Of a stretch of DNA of 64,000 nucleotides, positions 38,820 through 51,100 are shown piece by piece. Within the stretch, counting starts at the first letter, position 1. Each line of letters starts with the position of its first letter. Where the stretch lies: NCBI GenBank assembly GCA_030141605.1, contig JAQGDQ010000141.1, forward strand, positions 372,001 through 436,000, read 5' to 3'. A program made the position numbers and the translations under genes. The notes below the pieces were generated by a model. The model worked only from the letters and a program-made list of their open reading frames with translations. It ran no database searches and was not told the origin of the DNA. Source of the DNA: Tubiluchus corallicola (taxonomy: Eukaryota; Animalia; Priapulida).

Positions 38820-38855
38820 AAGAGAAAGACGAACATGCCGGTAGACGCTTATATA
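38820..38855 (-). promoter_or_regulatory. Cyclophilin core promoter: TATA box (TATATAA, 38855-38849) and pyrimidine TCT/5'TOP-like initiator (TCTTTCTCTT, 38829-38820)
   Basis: Minus strand reads ACCTATATAAGCGTCTACCGGCATGTTCGTCTTTCTCTTGCC. The TATA-to-C spacing of about 27 nt is canonical. Confidence 0.7.
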
Positions 38856-39067
38856 GGTTACGGACTATTTTTCATGACACTTATTTTTGCGATCAATTAA
38901 TGCAGCGTAGAAATAAGAAAATCTGGGCTGTATTGCTAAATATGACAATAATACCATGTCTTTTTTAGACATTGATTTTCTTATTTTACGTAGTATCTAC
39001 GTTATTGTCGTTTAAAGTAGTTGTTCTTTTATTCAGCGGCGGCTTACATGCGTTAAAGATTCAACGT

Positions 39068-39198
39068 AAGATGGCAACACCGTCAACAGGCCAAGGAAAC
39101 GAAAAACGTGTGATGTAAGCAAAGTACAGTAGTTTTTTAACCTTTCCTTGATGGAAGTAGGAAAGTCGTTACAATCATCCTCTGTATATTATTTTCAG
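39068..39198 (+). other. Probable first exon of GTF2H5 (ending 39114) and an 84-nt 5' leader intron (39115-39198)
   Basis: AAGATGGC (YY1-like motif common near start sites) at 39068, donor GAT|GTAAGC, acceptor ATTTTCAG at 39198. Confidence 0.6.
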
Positions 39199-39248
39199 TT
39201 TGGAATATTCTTTAATAGAGTTAAACAGTGAATCGTTTTTTTTTTAAA

Positions 39249-42200
39249 ATGGTCAATGTAATGAAAGGAATCCTAGTGGAATGGTAACGCTTACTTTTGG
39301 CTTATTTATTGATGGTAGCTTATGTTATGGTTTAATCACGCGATGACTACTGAACTGAATTGAATTTGAATTATTGAACTTAGAGTTATTACTAAAGACA
39401 AAAACGTTCATGGTGGCCATGTAACTCGCGAAGAAGTCTAGAGAAACAGCCAGTTGACTGTAGACTTACAGTACACTATCGTCATTCAAAATCTTGATTG
39501 TATTTACCAAACAATTTGTATTTTTGTCCTATTCTGAAGAAGACGCAGACGATAGATCAAGATACGAAGGCAATACTTCTGAATTGCTTAGAGGTGTTCA
39601 ATGTTTACATAAGTAATATACTGTGGTGACCACGTGGCAGCTGCATATTCCAACAACGGCCAGCCCAAAGTTTCGCACAAATGACAAATGAATCTCTGCT
39701 GATTACTGTTTTCTTTACTTTATAGTACATATATTTGCTTTCTTTTCTAGCTCAATAATATAATCACAAAATTTCATGTTATTTGAAACCTCACAATCAC
39801 TCGAAGACTTTTCAATCTGGAAACTTCACGAACTAGACTATCATTGATTGAATAATTATAACTGACATGATCTTTCGGGTGCAGGACACTTTCAAAGAAG
39901 CCATTGCTCAGACCATATTTATTTCGACAGAATCAAGGTCAAGGTGGAGCCACTGTACAGCCAAACTCAATCATGATTTTTTTTAAATTATTTATTATCA
40001 TCCACAAACATTCTTATATTAGATTAAACAGTGTCAATGTTCTACTTTTGATGGTTAAATGTGCCCGAAAGTCCCAAGTTAGACTTTAGTAGCTTTATTG
40101 GGTTTTATCTGAAAACAAATGATGTAATTAATAAGTAAATTTGGCAAGTTTAATGTAAGATTTTATAACTAATTGCATAACGTGTATCTGAAAAATTGCA
40201 CAACATTGTAACTTACATGATAATATTTTGTAAAAATAAGAAAACTTACATTTGGCATCTCTTAGCCCTCTTGATAGAAAAAAGTATTATTATAGTGCAA
40301 AGTTGCTTAGCATAATGTATAGCAGTACTCAAAGTTTTTTTTCTTATTTTGTTGCAGCGATCCTGCTATGAAGCAGTTCTTGTTGAACTTAGATGAAAAT
40401 AACACTTTCGGAAAAAAATTTGTTCTGCACGATCTAGATGAGACACATATATTTATCATTCCTGAAATACTGGAAATTTTGCAGGTAGGTCCATATTAAA
40501 AGCCAAAAACACGAACTTATGGACTGGGTACTAAATTAAAAGCCAAGCTGGCCATGTGTTAGTGTTAGAAATTCAATGTACAATACACATCGTTACAACG
40601 AAATAGGCAGCTATAGAATTATCAGGTCTGTCTATTCGTCTGCCTGTCTGTCACCACTTTTTCTCGGCAGTGGAGTAAAGTGTGATGCTGGGACTTGGCA
40701 TGCTGGTAGGGTATTGGCCTATTAATTTTTGGATGAATTGGCGCAGTTTCGAATTTTTTACAGTTTTTTGAAGACTCGCGTATAACACCTGTGATAGCTG
40801 GACAACCACAATCAGTAACATGTTCTTATCTGTTTTTTTTCTATTATAGTGTTATTTTAAGTTCAAGTTATAATCCATGTGAATTTGCATTTTTAGTTAT
40901 AATGTTAAAATGTGTTGTTAGTTATAATAAGCTTTGAGTGTTTTTGTTTCCGGTCTAACTTGATATACATTATAATTGTAATACGTTACTCTGTAGTATT
41001 ATTATAACAGCTGTACATAGATTTTACGTAATTTTATGGTGCTAGTTACAAATTGTGCCAGTGCATAAAATACATTTTTGCAGTAGTCGTCATGTATATC
41101 AATCTCATCAGGGCAACTGCACCACTCTACTGAGGGCTCTCTAGTTAGCAGCATTCAGAAATTCGGAACTCAACTCTTATTTCTTACCACTTGCTTTATT
41201 TGATTGCCCCATACAAGCCAACTGGCAACTGCCAAAGATTTTAATGAGGTTATTTAAACAGGTTCTTGGTGTACAGAATTTCAATAATGCTTTAAATAAT
41301 ACTAAGACCATGATGGTAAAGTTTCAGCATTTATTGCACAGTGCACAGGTATATGCAGTCATACAGCAACTAAATTTCGGCAGAGCTCTTCTCTGTGCAC
41401 TGTGCAATAAATGCTGAAACTTTGCCACCATGATCTTAGTATTATTTAAAGCACTATTGAATGTTATTTACCTGAAATAGACCATCAATAGAATTTATTG
41501 GCATAACGTGATTTCATTTAAGGTGCATCAGCTTTTGTAGGTTTCTATAATGGTTTAAGTAGGTGCCCAAGTACCAAGTTATTGCTATAAGCAGTTAGAA
41601 TGGTAGTGCTTTAAAAAGCGCCATCCATCTTATTTGTCTGGTTTTCAAGTACTTTCACAAAATTCAGAGGATCTGTGACAGCCCAAAATTTCGAGACACT
41701 GGGAGATCAAATCACTCAGGAAAGCTATAAATCTCATGTTTACTCAGAGTAAATATACTGTACGCAATATACAATCCCTAATTCCTCCACATTTTAGTTG
41801 TGTATCCTTTTAGAAGTTGTAACCACTAACTATGCATTTAATCAGTTTTTAATAATATTAACGCCTTTTTAACAGATTTTTACAGCAAGTGCTTAATGTT
41901 GTAATAATTATACGATCCTGTCAAGTGTTGAAAGTTCAAAAATTTTAATAATATTAAATAATTTAGGCTGACTGCTGCAATAATGATGCCTTTTATTTTT
42001 TCATGTAACCATTTTATAAAGCACTTGTTTACTCATTGAACTTTTATACAGTATTGATATTAATGATGTGGCCTAGATTAGTAGCTGCTTCATATTTCTA
42101 AACAATTACATCTATCAGTCTCTAAAATTTATATGTATTAGTTCTGGCACGTAATTTGATGGACGACTGCAGACGAACTTGTGTTTGCCTAATCAGTGTA

Positions 42201-43060
42201 TTTCTAGTAAAAATGTTGTTGGATGACGATTTTCCAAGCCCAACCATGTTCTACTTCACTAAATCTTTTCCCAGTGGGGGAGTTTTGATCTTAATAAGAG
42301 TAACCTAATTTTTGTTGCTGTCAGCTGAAAAGACGATTCCTTATCTTCATTGCTGCTTGGCTTATAATTAGTGCTGCTTGGCTGAATTACAGTAATTTGA
42401 GGGTCTGCGCTTATTTTGAATTTTTAAGCCCTGGATTTAAAGCACAAGAAAACACTCTTCACAAATAAAGCTTAAAAATTTGTCTTGAAATTTTATATCA
42501 CTTACGTGTTGTCTTACCACAAACAGAGCTTGTGTTTATAGTAACGCTGTATAAAACTTGTAAATTTATAGCGCAGTCATTTTAGCAATAAATCGTTTGA
42601 AACATGTTTAGATGACATTGCATAAAGTTTGAAAAAAATAATCAGATTTATAGTAGTGCACACTTCACTAACTAAGCAAAAGCTTAATTTATTTTATATT
42701 GTCAATAAGATCAATTGAGTGTTTTTTTGGTGTTCTATTCAAAGGTGCACTGCACACTACAATGGTGATGCAAACCGTTTTACCAGGTGGCGCGAATATT
42801 TTAAATTATTAGGAATTTTCTTTTCTAGTTAAATAAATCTTTCAAGCAGGTAAATGTAATGCTAAATAATATAACTTTATATTTAACATTTTTTGTTGCA
42901 TACTTTAAAAATGCCTTTTCTTCCCCTTTAACACATTTACAAGTATGTTCATAAACGTAACATTGCTTCCATGTTGAACCTGTTTTCTTTTACTCTACAG
43001 GAAAAGATAGACGACTTGATGGATCGTTTACACTTTCCAATGCAGGAGAAGCCACAGTAA
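39249..43060 (+). CDS. GTF2H5: General transcription factor IIH subunit 5 (TFB5/p8/TTDA), 73 aa. Exons 39249-39283, 40358-40484, 43001-43060
   Basis: Spliced translation [73 protein letters not shown], colinear with human p8 ([25 protein letters not shown]...). Absent from the ORF track because the exons are short. Confidence 0.95.
41280..41461. repeat. Long inverted repeat: 69-bp arms (41280-41348, 41393-41461) with a 44-nt loop
   Basis: The arms are reverse complements with 4 substitutions. Confidence 0.9.
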
Positions 43061-43081
43061 AAAACGGTTACAGACTGTATC

Positions 43082-43786
43082 ATGTCACAGCGGATGATGA
43101 CAATTTTTCTCAGACGAAGTCGCCTTCATCGTTTCGACCTAGCCACCACGAGTCACCTTTTAAACAAAATCATGCCCTGTGCAGTTGGCATGACTCAGCT
43201 ATTGGACCATTTACCTTCGCTTGTCATAGACCAGCGGGCTGGAATTCTGGGGTTTACACGACCGCGGTTACCATTTGCGCCATCTGGCAACAAGAAAAAA
43301 GAATATTCTGAGCGGCGCATTCTAGGGTACTCGATGGAGCAGATGTACAATGTGGTCGCCAAAGTCGAACATTACCCCATATTTGTCCCTTGGTGCATAA
43401 ACAGCAAGGTATTTAACAGAAGGACAGGACATTTCAACTGCATGCTTGAAATAGGGTTTCCGCCATTAGTCGAGCGCTATAACTCTGTTGTTACCATAGC
43501 CAAGCCTCACCTTGTGAAATCTGTATGCACAGATGGACTCTTGTTTAATCACTTGGTGACAATATGGCGCTTCAGTCCTGGGCTTCCGGACAATTCGCAA
43601 ACGTGTACGCTGGATTTTTCTGTTTCGTTTGAGTTTAGATCTGCACTGCATTCGCAGCTTTCCACTCTTTTCTTTGACGAGGTGGTACGGCAGATGGTAA
43701 AAGCATTTTTGAAGCGAGCGAAAGTCTTATATGGGGAAGGATCTGTAAAGCATTCTCCTGCCCAGATTACAGTGTACAGGTCATGA
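43082..43786 (+). CDS. COQ10: Coenzyme Q-binding protein COQ10, mitochondrial (START/polyketide cyclase fold), 234 aa, intronless
   Basis: Uninterrupted ORF containing [68 protein letters not shown] and [39 protein letters not shown], typical of COQ10A/B. Arg/Ser/Leu-rich N-terminus resembles a presequence. Confidence 0.95.
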   Translation: MSQRMMTIFLRRSRLHRFDLATTSHLLNKIMPCAVGMTQLLDHLPSLVIDQRAGILGFTRPRLPFAPSGNKKKEYSERRILGYSMEQMYNVVAKVEHYPIFVPWCINSKVFNRRTGHFNCMLEIGFPPLVERYNSVVTIAKPHLVKSVCTDGLLFNHLVTIWRFSPGLPDNSQTCTLDFSVSFEFRSALHSQLSTLFFDEVVRQMVKAFLKRAKVLYGEGSVKHSPAQITVYRS

Positions 43787-46700
43787 CCTTACTTTAATTT
43801 AGGACAATTTGTTGCTTTTTGTTATTAGCTAAGATAAATTTAACTATAATTTGTTAAGCGAGTCATACGTTAATTATACTCATTTTATAGATTTTATACT
43901 CTTAAGTAGTATAAAAATATTTATTGGCTGAGGAATTCTGACACATTTTATAGATTTTTGTACTTTAAATGGTATTAAAATATTAATAGGATGAGGGATA
44001 CTGATGTTGATAGTTAAAATTAAAAGCATTTGCATTACTTGTGATGTAAGTCAGATTAGAGTTTTAAATTTTCTCTTGCAGGTTACATCTGTCTAAAGGT
44101 GCTTTCAAACTAGCATGCTTTCTCTCTGATTGCAGGCTCGCAAGTGTGAGCTCATTTGCAAGTTACTGTCAGCAAGCTTTTGCAATCTCTTACTGTTTAT
44201 TGTGAACATCTCGTCGAGTTAGTCTCAACGCTTGCAGTGAATAGAGAAGTTATTGTCAGCTCGCGCTTACTGTCGGAGAGTAACTCGCAACAAGTTTTGC
44301 TGGTAGTCTGAATGCGCTTGCCAGTTATAAGTGAGAAAACTTGCTAGTCTGAACATGTGTTGTAAGGAATTGTACGCTTTTTGTTTGACAGTCTAGGTTA
44401 ATTTTTGCAAATAAGGTTTGAAATTCTCACACGTGTAGACATCCATAGACTCTATATACGTGACAAGCCACATTATGTAATGATTACAATGAATTACTTT
44501 TGGTAATGATTTGCTATGTGCAATACTGGATTATACTGCTGTGTCATATCACCTGTAAATAATCAAACTTTGTTCTGCGGCATAGCTAGATGCTTTAGAA
44601 TGCCCAGCTTGTTCACCGCATCTTAAATTCAAGGTGCAGTTGTTGGACAGCATGGAATTACTTTGTCATGTTGCCAGTTTGAAGGACTGTGTTGGTTTTA
44701 GTATTAATTTGTTTTGCTCATTTTGATTATTTATTGTTATCAGAGCTTAGACTTTGTTAATAATTGTTACCTTGGCAACATGATCGCATTTTTTCTAGCA
44801 ATAAAGAAAAATATGTCCCAAATTTCTTAAAATGTAAGCGATGGAGGTCTTTTGAAATAGAGTTCATGGGCTTTGTTAATAATTGTTACTGGTAAAGAAA
44901 AACACGTCTAAAATTTCAGGTGTTAAAATGTAAGATATTATTGATTAACACGTTTTTAATTGGAGTTAAGTCTGGCGGGAATCCAGGTTTACAGTTCATT
45001 TAGCAATCCTAAGAACATTCGGTGATTTCATTCTGAATGGTGTGGCGATGTACAACTGGCGTGATCTGCTTTGCCATGTGAACGCTATAGGAATAATTTG
45101 CATGTATGTTTTTTTTCCAGTTATTGTTCCATCGTGACCTTACTGATTTTGTTTTGCATTAACTGTTTATTTCTCTCACTGAGAGTCTCTACCTGCATTA
45201 TGTCTTGCACAGTGTTGCAGATTTCTCAGTCGAGTTATGCACAACGTGATGAAATATCAGCCTGAAATATTGCCCGGCTTGATGAGCTACATTATTATGC
45301 ATTATTTTAACTAATGAATGTAATTCTAACATTTTATATAGCATGTTCAATGTGTATATACTTGTTGACAATTTGTTAAACAAAAATTTGTCTACATCCG
45401 GTTTTTGTATCGCACCACTTTAATGATTTACATTGCTCGTGAAATTTACAAACAAAAAGCCATTAAACATGCCAGTTTTGTAAAAAAATATTTTTGCTTA
45501 AAAACAAGCGCATAACAACAGCCGTTTTAACTTGCACAAGAGACCACTACAGCTCGCCTAAAAACCATTACGTCACCAGGGTATACATACAAGCCATTCA
45601 GTAAATCATTAACTTGCTTTAGCTAGAAACTACTATTAATGGTCACAAAAACATTTGCTTCACCAGGGTATATATATATTTATGTATGACAAATTTTCCA
45701 GTAGATTTCTGACATGGTCACTTTACCATTTAACTCGCAAGAAAACCATGGCAGTGAAAAAACATCTCAAACCACTGATAGTGGTCCCCACATATCTGCT
45801 TCACCAGAGTATACAAAGTTATTTAGTAAATCACGAGCCAAAATTTCAACTACTGAGAGCAATATTTCCCGAATATTGTCTCTATGCCGAATACAACAAG
45901 TCTTATCGATAACAATGACAACATTAAGCAATTATTACAAGAGTATACAAGTCATTGGGATCAACATAATAATTATATACACAGATAAATGTCCGATTAT
46001 AAGATACAAAATTTACATTAACATACGAGCAATTGCCAACTGCTATGCATTTTACAATTGAGAATATAATGTGTATCACACACACCTACCTTAAGCAACC
46101 TGCACATACCAGAGTTCTTCCAAAGCAATTACAGTCCAAAGTGATTTAACTTTGGCGCCACACCACATACTACAAAGCAAAATAACTATAGCAACAATCT
46201 GACGGAAAGTTCAGTCTAGCGAGTTTTCTCTGTGACAGCAAGTGTGAATTGCTCTGCAAGTTGCTGTCGGCGAGAAATTGCAAATTGTCTGACACTAATT
46301 GAACACGCAAGTTGGCGAGAAAACTCGCTATCTGAACGCGCCGTAAGTCTCGTATATAACAGCCAGCTTGCTGTACATCTTCCAATAGCTAAAGCACTTA
46401 TTAACTTTTTCCTGCCACAGAAACTCCTGATCACTAGACTCCTCTGGTTCAGTTCCAAGCCCAACCAAAGAGAAGCCAATAGAGAATACGAAATAGATAC
46501 AATAATAAAACAATGTAGTTTAAATTCGGTATGAGATAAGTAACATTTCGCTATTTATCATAATTGCCATACATTGTTATAGCAGACATTGCTACATAAA
46601 TGTTGAGAACAAATTTAATTAATTGAAAATGACACAAAAACAGCAATTAGTGAATAATACAATATCTGGCTAGACAACACAATATATGCAGTATAAAGAC

Positions 46701-48129
46701 GATGAAATGTACCACTTTTGAATTAATAAGTATCTCACTTAGTCAGCTTGTAATGCTTAAAAAAAGTCTAATATTACAACAAATAGCCCGCAATTTAACC
46801 AAACTGTAAATCAATAAAAACAAAAATACAAGAACAGGAGTTAAGAAAAAATGACGCATTGTTACACAAAAAGCTCAAAATTAAAATCACATGAACTGAC
46901 TTTACACCGTACAAAACAAAACTACGATAAACATTTTACAATTGCGAACTATAAGAGTTCACAGTATTTAAAAAGAAATCACACAGTTTACAGAAGATAC
47001 TCTAGATACAGAAGGACTAAAAATTCTGTGTCACTGTAGTGTCTTATTGAATATGCCATTCAAAGCAGCCACTTAGAAATTGATAAACTAGTTTCTTTGC
47101 AGAAAAACTTGTTTTAGCATGGTTTAATCTCAATGGTGTACAATACTATAAAGTAAGATGGCAAAGCTTTTACAACTAGAGCATATAGGTTATACAAGAA
47201 AGGAAATAATACAAATTTTGTTTAACATAATAACTACATTTGAATGTAAAGTTGCTGTTGAATGTACCGTTGCAAGTTTTTTTCTTACAAAAACACGGCA
47301 CAGTTGAAGGCTAACTGACTGACTAACTTAACTATGCAGTAGTCCATATGCACTGGAACTACATAAGTCATCAAAACAAAAGTAACATCTTATAAGCTCA
47401 AAACTTCTGGTTATATTCAAACTCAACACTTTTTCAAATTCACAAAGTCAAGTTCAGAAACAATATTTTCTCTCAGGCTCGAAAATGCCACAGTGTTGAA
47501 CATCATACATCACAGATAACAAAAAAATCACAACTAAAAACCGGGACAACGAAAATAGCAGATGACATAACGAAACGTGTTGCTTTTTCCAAGCGTAACA
47601 GAATGAAATAATTATATTTCTTACTTTTATTATTGAGTTAATAATGCCATACTGATGTTTATCAACCAACTAAACTGATAACGAAACAGCAAACCAGCAA
47701 CTATACAAACTAATAAAAGAAAATACATACGACTTGTGGACTTTTCAACAAATCAACATTTCTTTCAACGTGTAAGTAATAAACAAAAATGATCGGTAAC
47801 CTAAACAACATCTGCTTGAAATTAATGAATGAATTTACAATCTAAACTGCAAAATGCAAATCACAGAAGCAAAAATACAACATAATCTAAGACAGAACTA
47901 GCATAAAGCAGCCAACTAGACACCGCTGTACATTACAAACTTGCATGATATAACATCAAACGATTAACTGCTAATCTATCATTTCACCGTAACAATGCCA
48001 GGCACAGTAACACATCCAATAGGAAAAGCACAACAATGCAATATAAGCAAACAATGAACATTGCTCACTGCTACACTCTTAACAGTCCCGCTCAGGAAAT
48101 CAGGCCGCCAGCTCAACACACACGTCAGC

Positions 48130-51100
48130 TCACGATTTAGGTGAATGCGGAGGTGGTGCTGTCGGTTTTGCAAATTTATCTGGGCTGGGCCGGATCTTTT
48201 GCTGTTGCTGCAAACAAACATAAATTAATATTTCAGGTTCTCCTATTCCTATAACTGGCACGTTTCTTGAAACGTAATATAGTGTGTTGTGATGTGAGGA
48301 AGAAATTAGTTCAATCTGCCACCTAAATTATGTACAATAACTCAAGCTGGTATAGAAAACAGAACAACTATTGTTCACATGCAGTTCATATTGTACAGTG
48401 TCTTAGACAAATGTTCAAAAACTGTGCAATAATGAAGTTCTATTTTCCTGCCTATAGCACTGTAATGTAGGGTCTGATGATAAATAAGTCATTAGTGGAA
48501 CAGTAAAATATGCGCTCTTTATCATTAAAACATTTGAAACATCGTGCAATCAGGCTACGATTTCTATGCACAATTTTTAAACAAATTATTATAGTGTTTT
48601 TACCGCAGAGCAAAATCAAGTAATATGCATAATATTATTAGTGATTCGAAAATTTATTCGAAAAACTTTAAAACTGAATTCAAATTCTATTCGGAATCGA
48701 AAATGCTGAAATTCGTTTTGATTCGAGTTTGAAAGTCACAAATTCGATTCGAATTCGCTTTCTGGTAGAAAATGCTCAGCCCTAATGCCTACTTAGCACC
48801 AAACTGTTTGTTAAAAATCAGGGAATTTAAACTTAGTTGTCACTTTTTTCAATAACTATCAGTGTTCGTTTACCATAAGCCAAGTGACGAACTGTTTCTC
48901 TGTAAAGTCTGATCAAGGCCACGTACAGTTTTCCTGTATTAATAATCAATGACTAACTACTTTTTTAACATGGAAAAATATTTGTTTTGATTAAACAAAC
49001 GTACAAGAATCAGCGCACTCACCGATGTACTAATCGAAGGCGGCGGTGGCGGCGGCGGAGACGTGCTGAGCAGCAGTGTGGTGGAGCCTGGATAGACCGC
49101 ATTGCCGCAAGAGCTACATCGTAGCACAGCCGGAACGTTTGAAGGACTAATGATAGGATAACTTAAACCTAAATAAAATAAACGAACAAAATAACGCTTC
49201 GTCAACAGCTCTTTGCACGTGAATGACCTATACTGACAAGTTTTAGAATTTTTTGTAACACCAAATTGTGGACAAAAGCAGTTTAACTCTTTATTATAAA
49301 AGAATTGAAGTGCTTCCTCAAACTATATTATATTATTGTATGACTATATTATACAATTTTATTGTCACTGTAAAGCAATTTAATTTAGCCTTCTATAATT
49401 ATTTCTTTTTGCATTTTTACAAACATGTGATTCTTTAAAGTGTTTGAAACAAAGCCAGTCTTGGTCACGTGACCTAAGTTTTAGTAGTATACGCCGCCTT
49501 TCAATCGCTCTTGTTTTTTACACGTAGTTAGATTTTCTGTTTTTTAGTGATCATGCCATTTAGTGATACCTGAATTGTTTTGTTTATTTTGTTATAATTT
49601 AGCAGTCATTGGTCTTACTGTCAAGCCAAAGTTGTCACCAGTAAATGTAAGTTGCTGTTTACTTTAATAATTAGTTAATAGTTTAAATTTGTTAGAATTG
49701 CTTCAAATCTCTAAAATCATAAGGTAATAATTTGTGTTTCAGCTTTCCTAAATCGAATTTTTCATCTTTAGTATAGTAAATAACCTTTGGCACGTTTTTA
49801 AGCGCTTTTTGTGATCTGTTATTTTAATAAATTGCAGGTCTATAACACAGTTCAATGCTGATTTTTGCTGTTTCTTTGCCTGGACTGAGAGCATCCCATC
49901 CATATTTATAATGGTTACAAGGATTAACAAATTAGCACTTTAGAGAAAGAGATTCTTACAAGGTAAATAGCATTAATTAATCAACAAAACAGAGATCTTA
50001 GCTTTTGTATTTTTCTAACTAAATTATATTTAGTATTCTAGAAAGTACAAGTGACTGTACGTGAGACTTTTACTCAAAGCACTAAACAACCAGAGGGTGT
50101 CAAGCAACAGCAAAAAGGGTTCCCACAGAATTTTATTTTCCTGACTTTTATATGAGTTTTCCCTGACCAAGATAAGCAGTAATTGCATTACCAGTATACA
50201 TATTCAAACATTTTTGTGAATCAACGTTTATACATATACTGTGTAAGCCAATCATTATTTTTGGAACAGAAATCGAAACTGGGCGCTTGGTATAACAAAA
50301 TTTTATGTGAACATGAATCACTGAAAAATATCGGTTCATGGTGGTTATTTTTGCAACCCTTTCCCTTTTCGCCCCATTAACATCATTTTTCCAACTTTTT
50401 ACCAAATTATCTTTTCCCCTGACATTTCCAGGATAGCCTCTATTTTCAAGGATTTTCCCTGAGTGTAGAGAAATCACATTAATCAATTTGGGAATGAATT
50501 TCGTATTGATAGTAAAAATTGCGAATTTATTTCAAATCTTTTAACAACATACCAGTGCCGCCTGGAGAGAGACCAGGATTTGTGGGATACGGTATGGGAC
50601 TAGACGCTGTACGAGAGCGTGGCACTCCATGACCATGTGTGGCTGCTTCGTTGAAATGCCTACAGAATAGCACAAAGAAATATGGATTTACTAATTAGTA
50701 ACTAAAAAACGAAATTGATAACTACAATAACTAGAACTGCCGTCATTATTAACTTCAGTTACTAGTAGCTACTCAACCTCAATTATTTAAGGAAGTTCAT
50801 AACCGAGTGGTCACGGCGTTGTGATTGGTAACTGAAGCTAAGAATGACGCTACTGACAGTTGCCAGCTTGGTTATTTGAGACGAAATCACATCAAAGTGG
50901 TCATGGCATAATGATTAGTGGCTGAAGTAATGAAGCTGAGGTTGGTCAGTGAACAGGTAGTTGAAGTGGTTCAATACTCTGACTGGTTTCGTTCACCATA
51001 CTGGTACTGGTCATTTACCTCATAGACGGAGGATGTACGTACGTCCGAATCTGGCTCAGATATCAATGTTCATTTTAGAAGTACAGCCTTGATAATGAGT

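Noticed and set aside
41802-41810. GTATCCTTT, a U12-type 5' splice site consensus, in GTF2H5 intron 2
   Set aside because: No U12 branch point near the 43000 acceptor and no usable upstream exon; such an AT-rich 9-mer can occur by chance in 64 kb.
43784-43830. Readthrough or selenocysteine at the COQ10 TGA-C stop
   Set aside because: The protein is already full length, the context is not UGA-CUAG, and no SECIS-like element was recognised.
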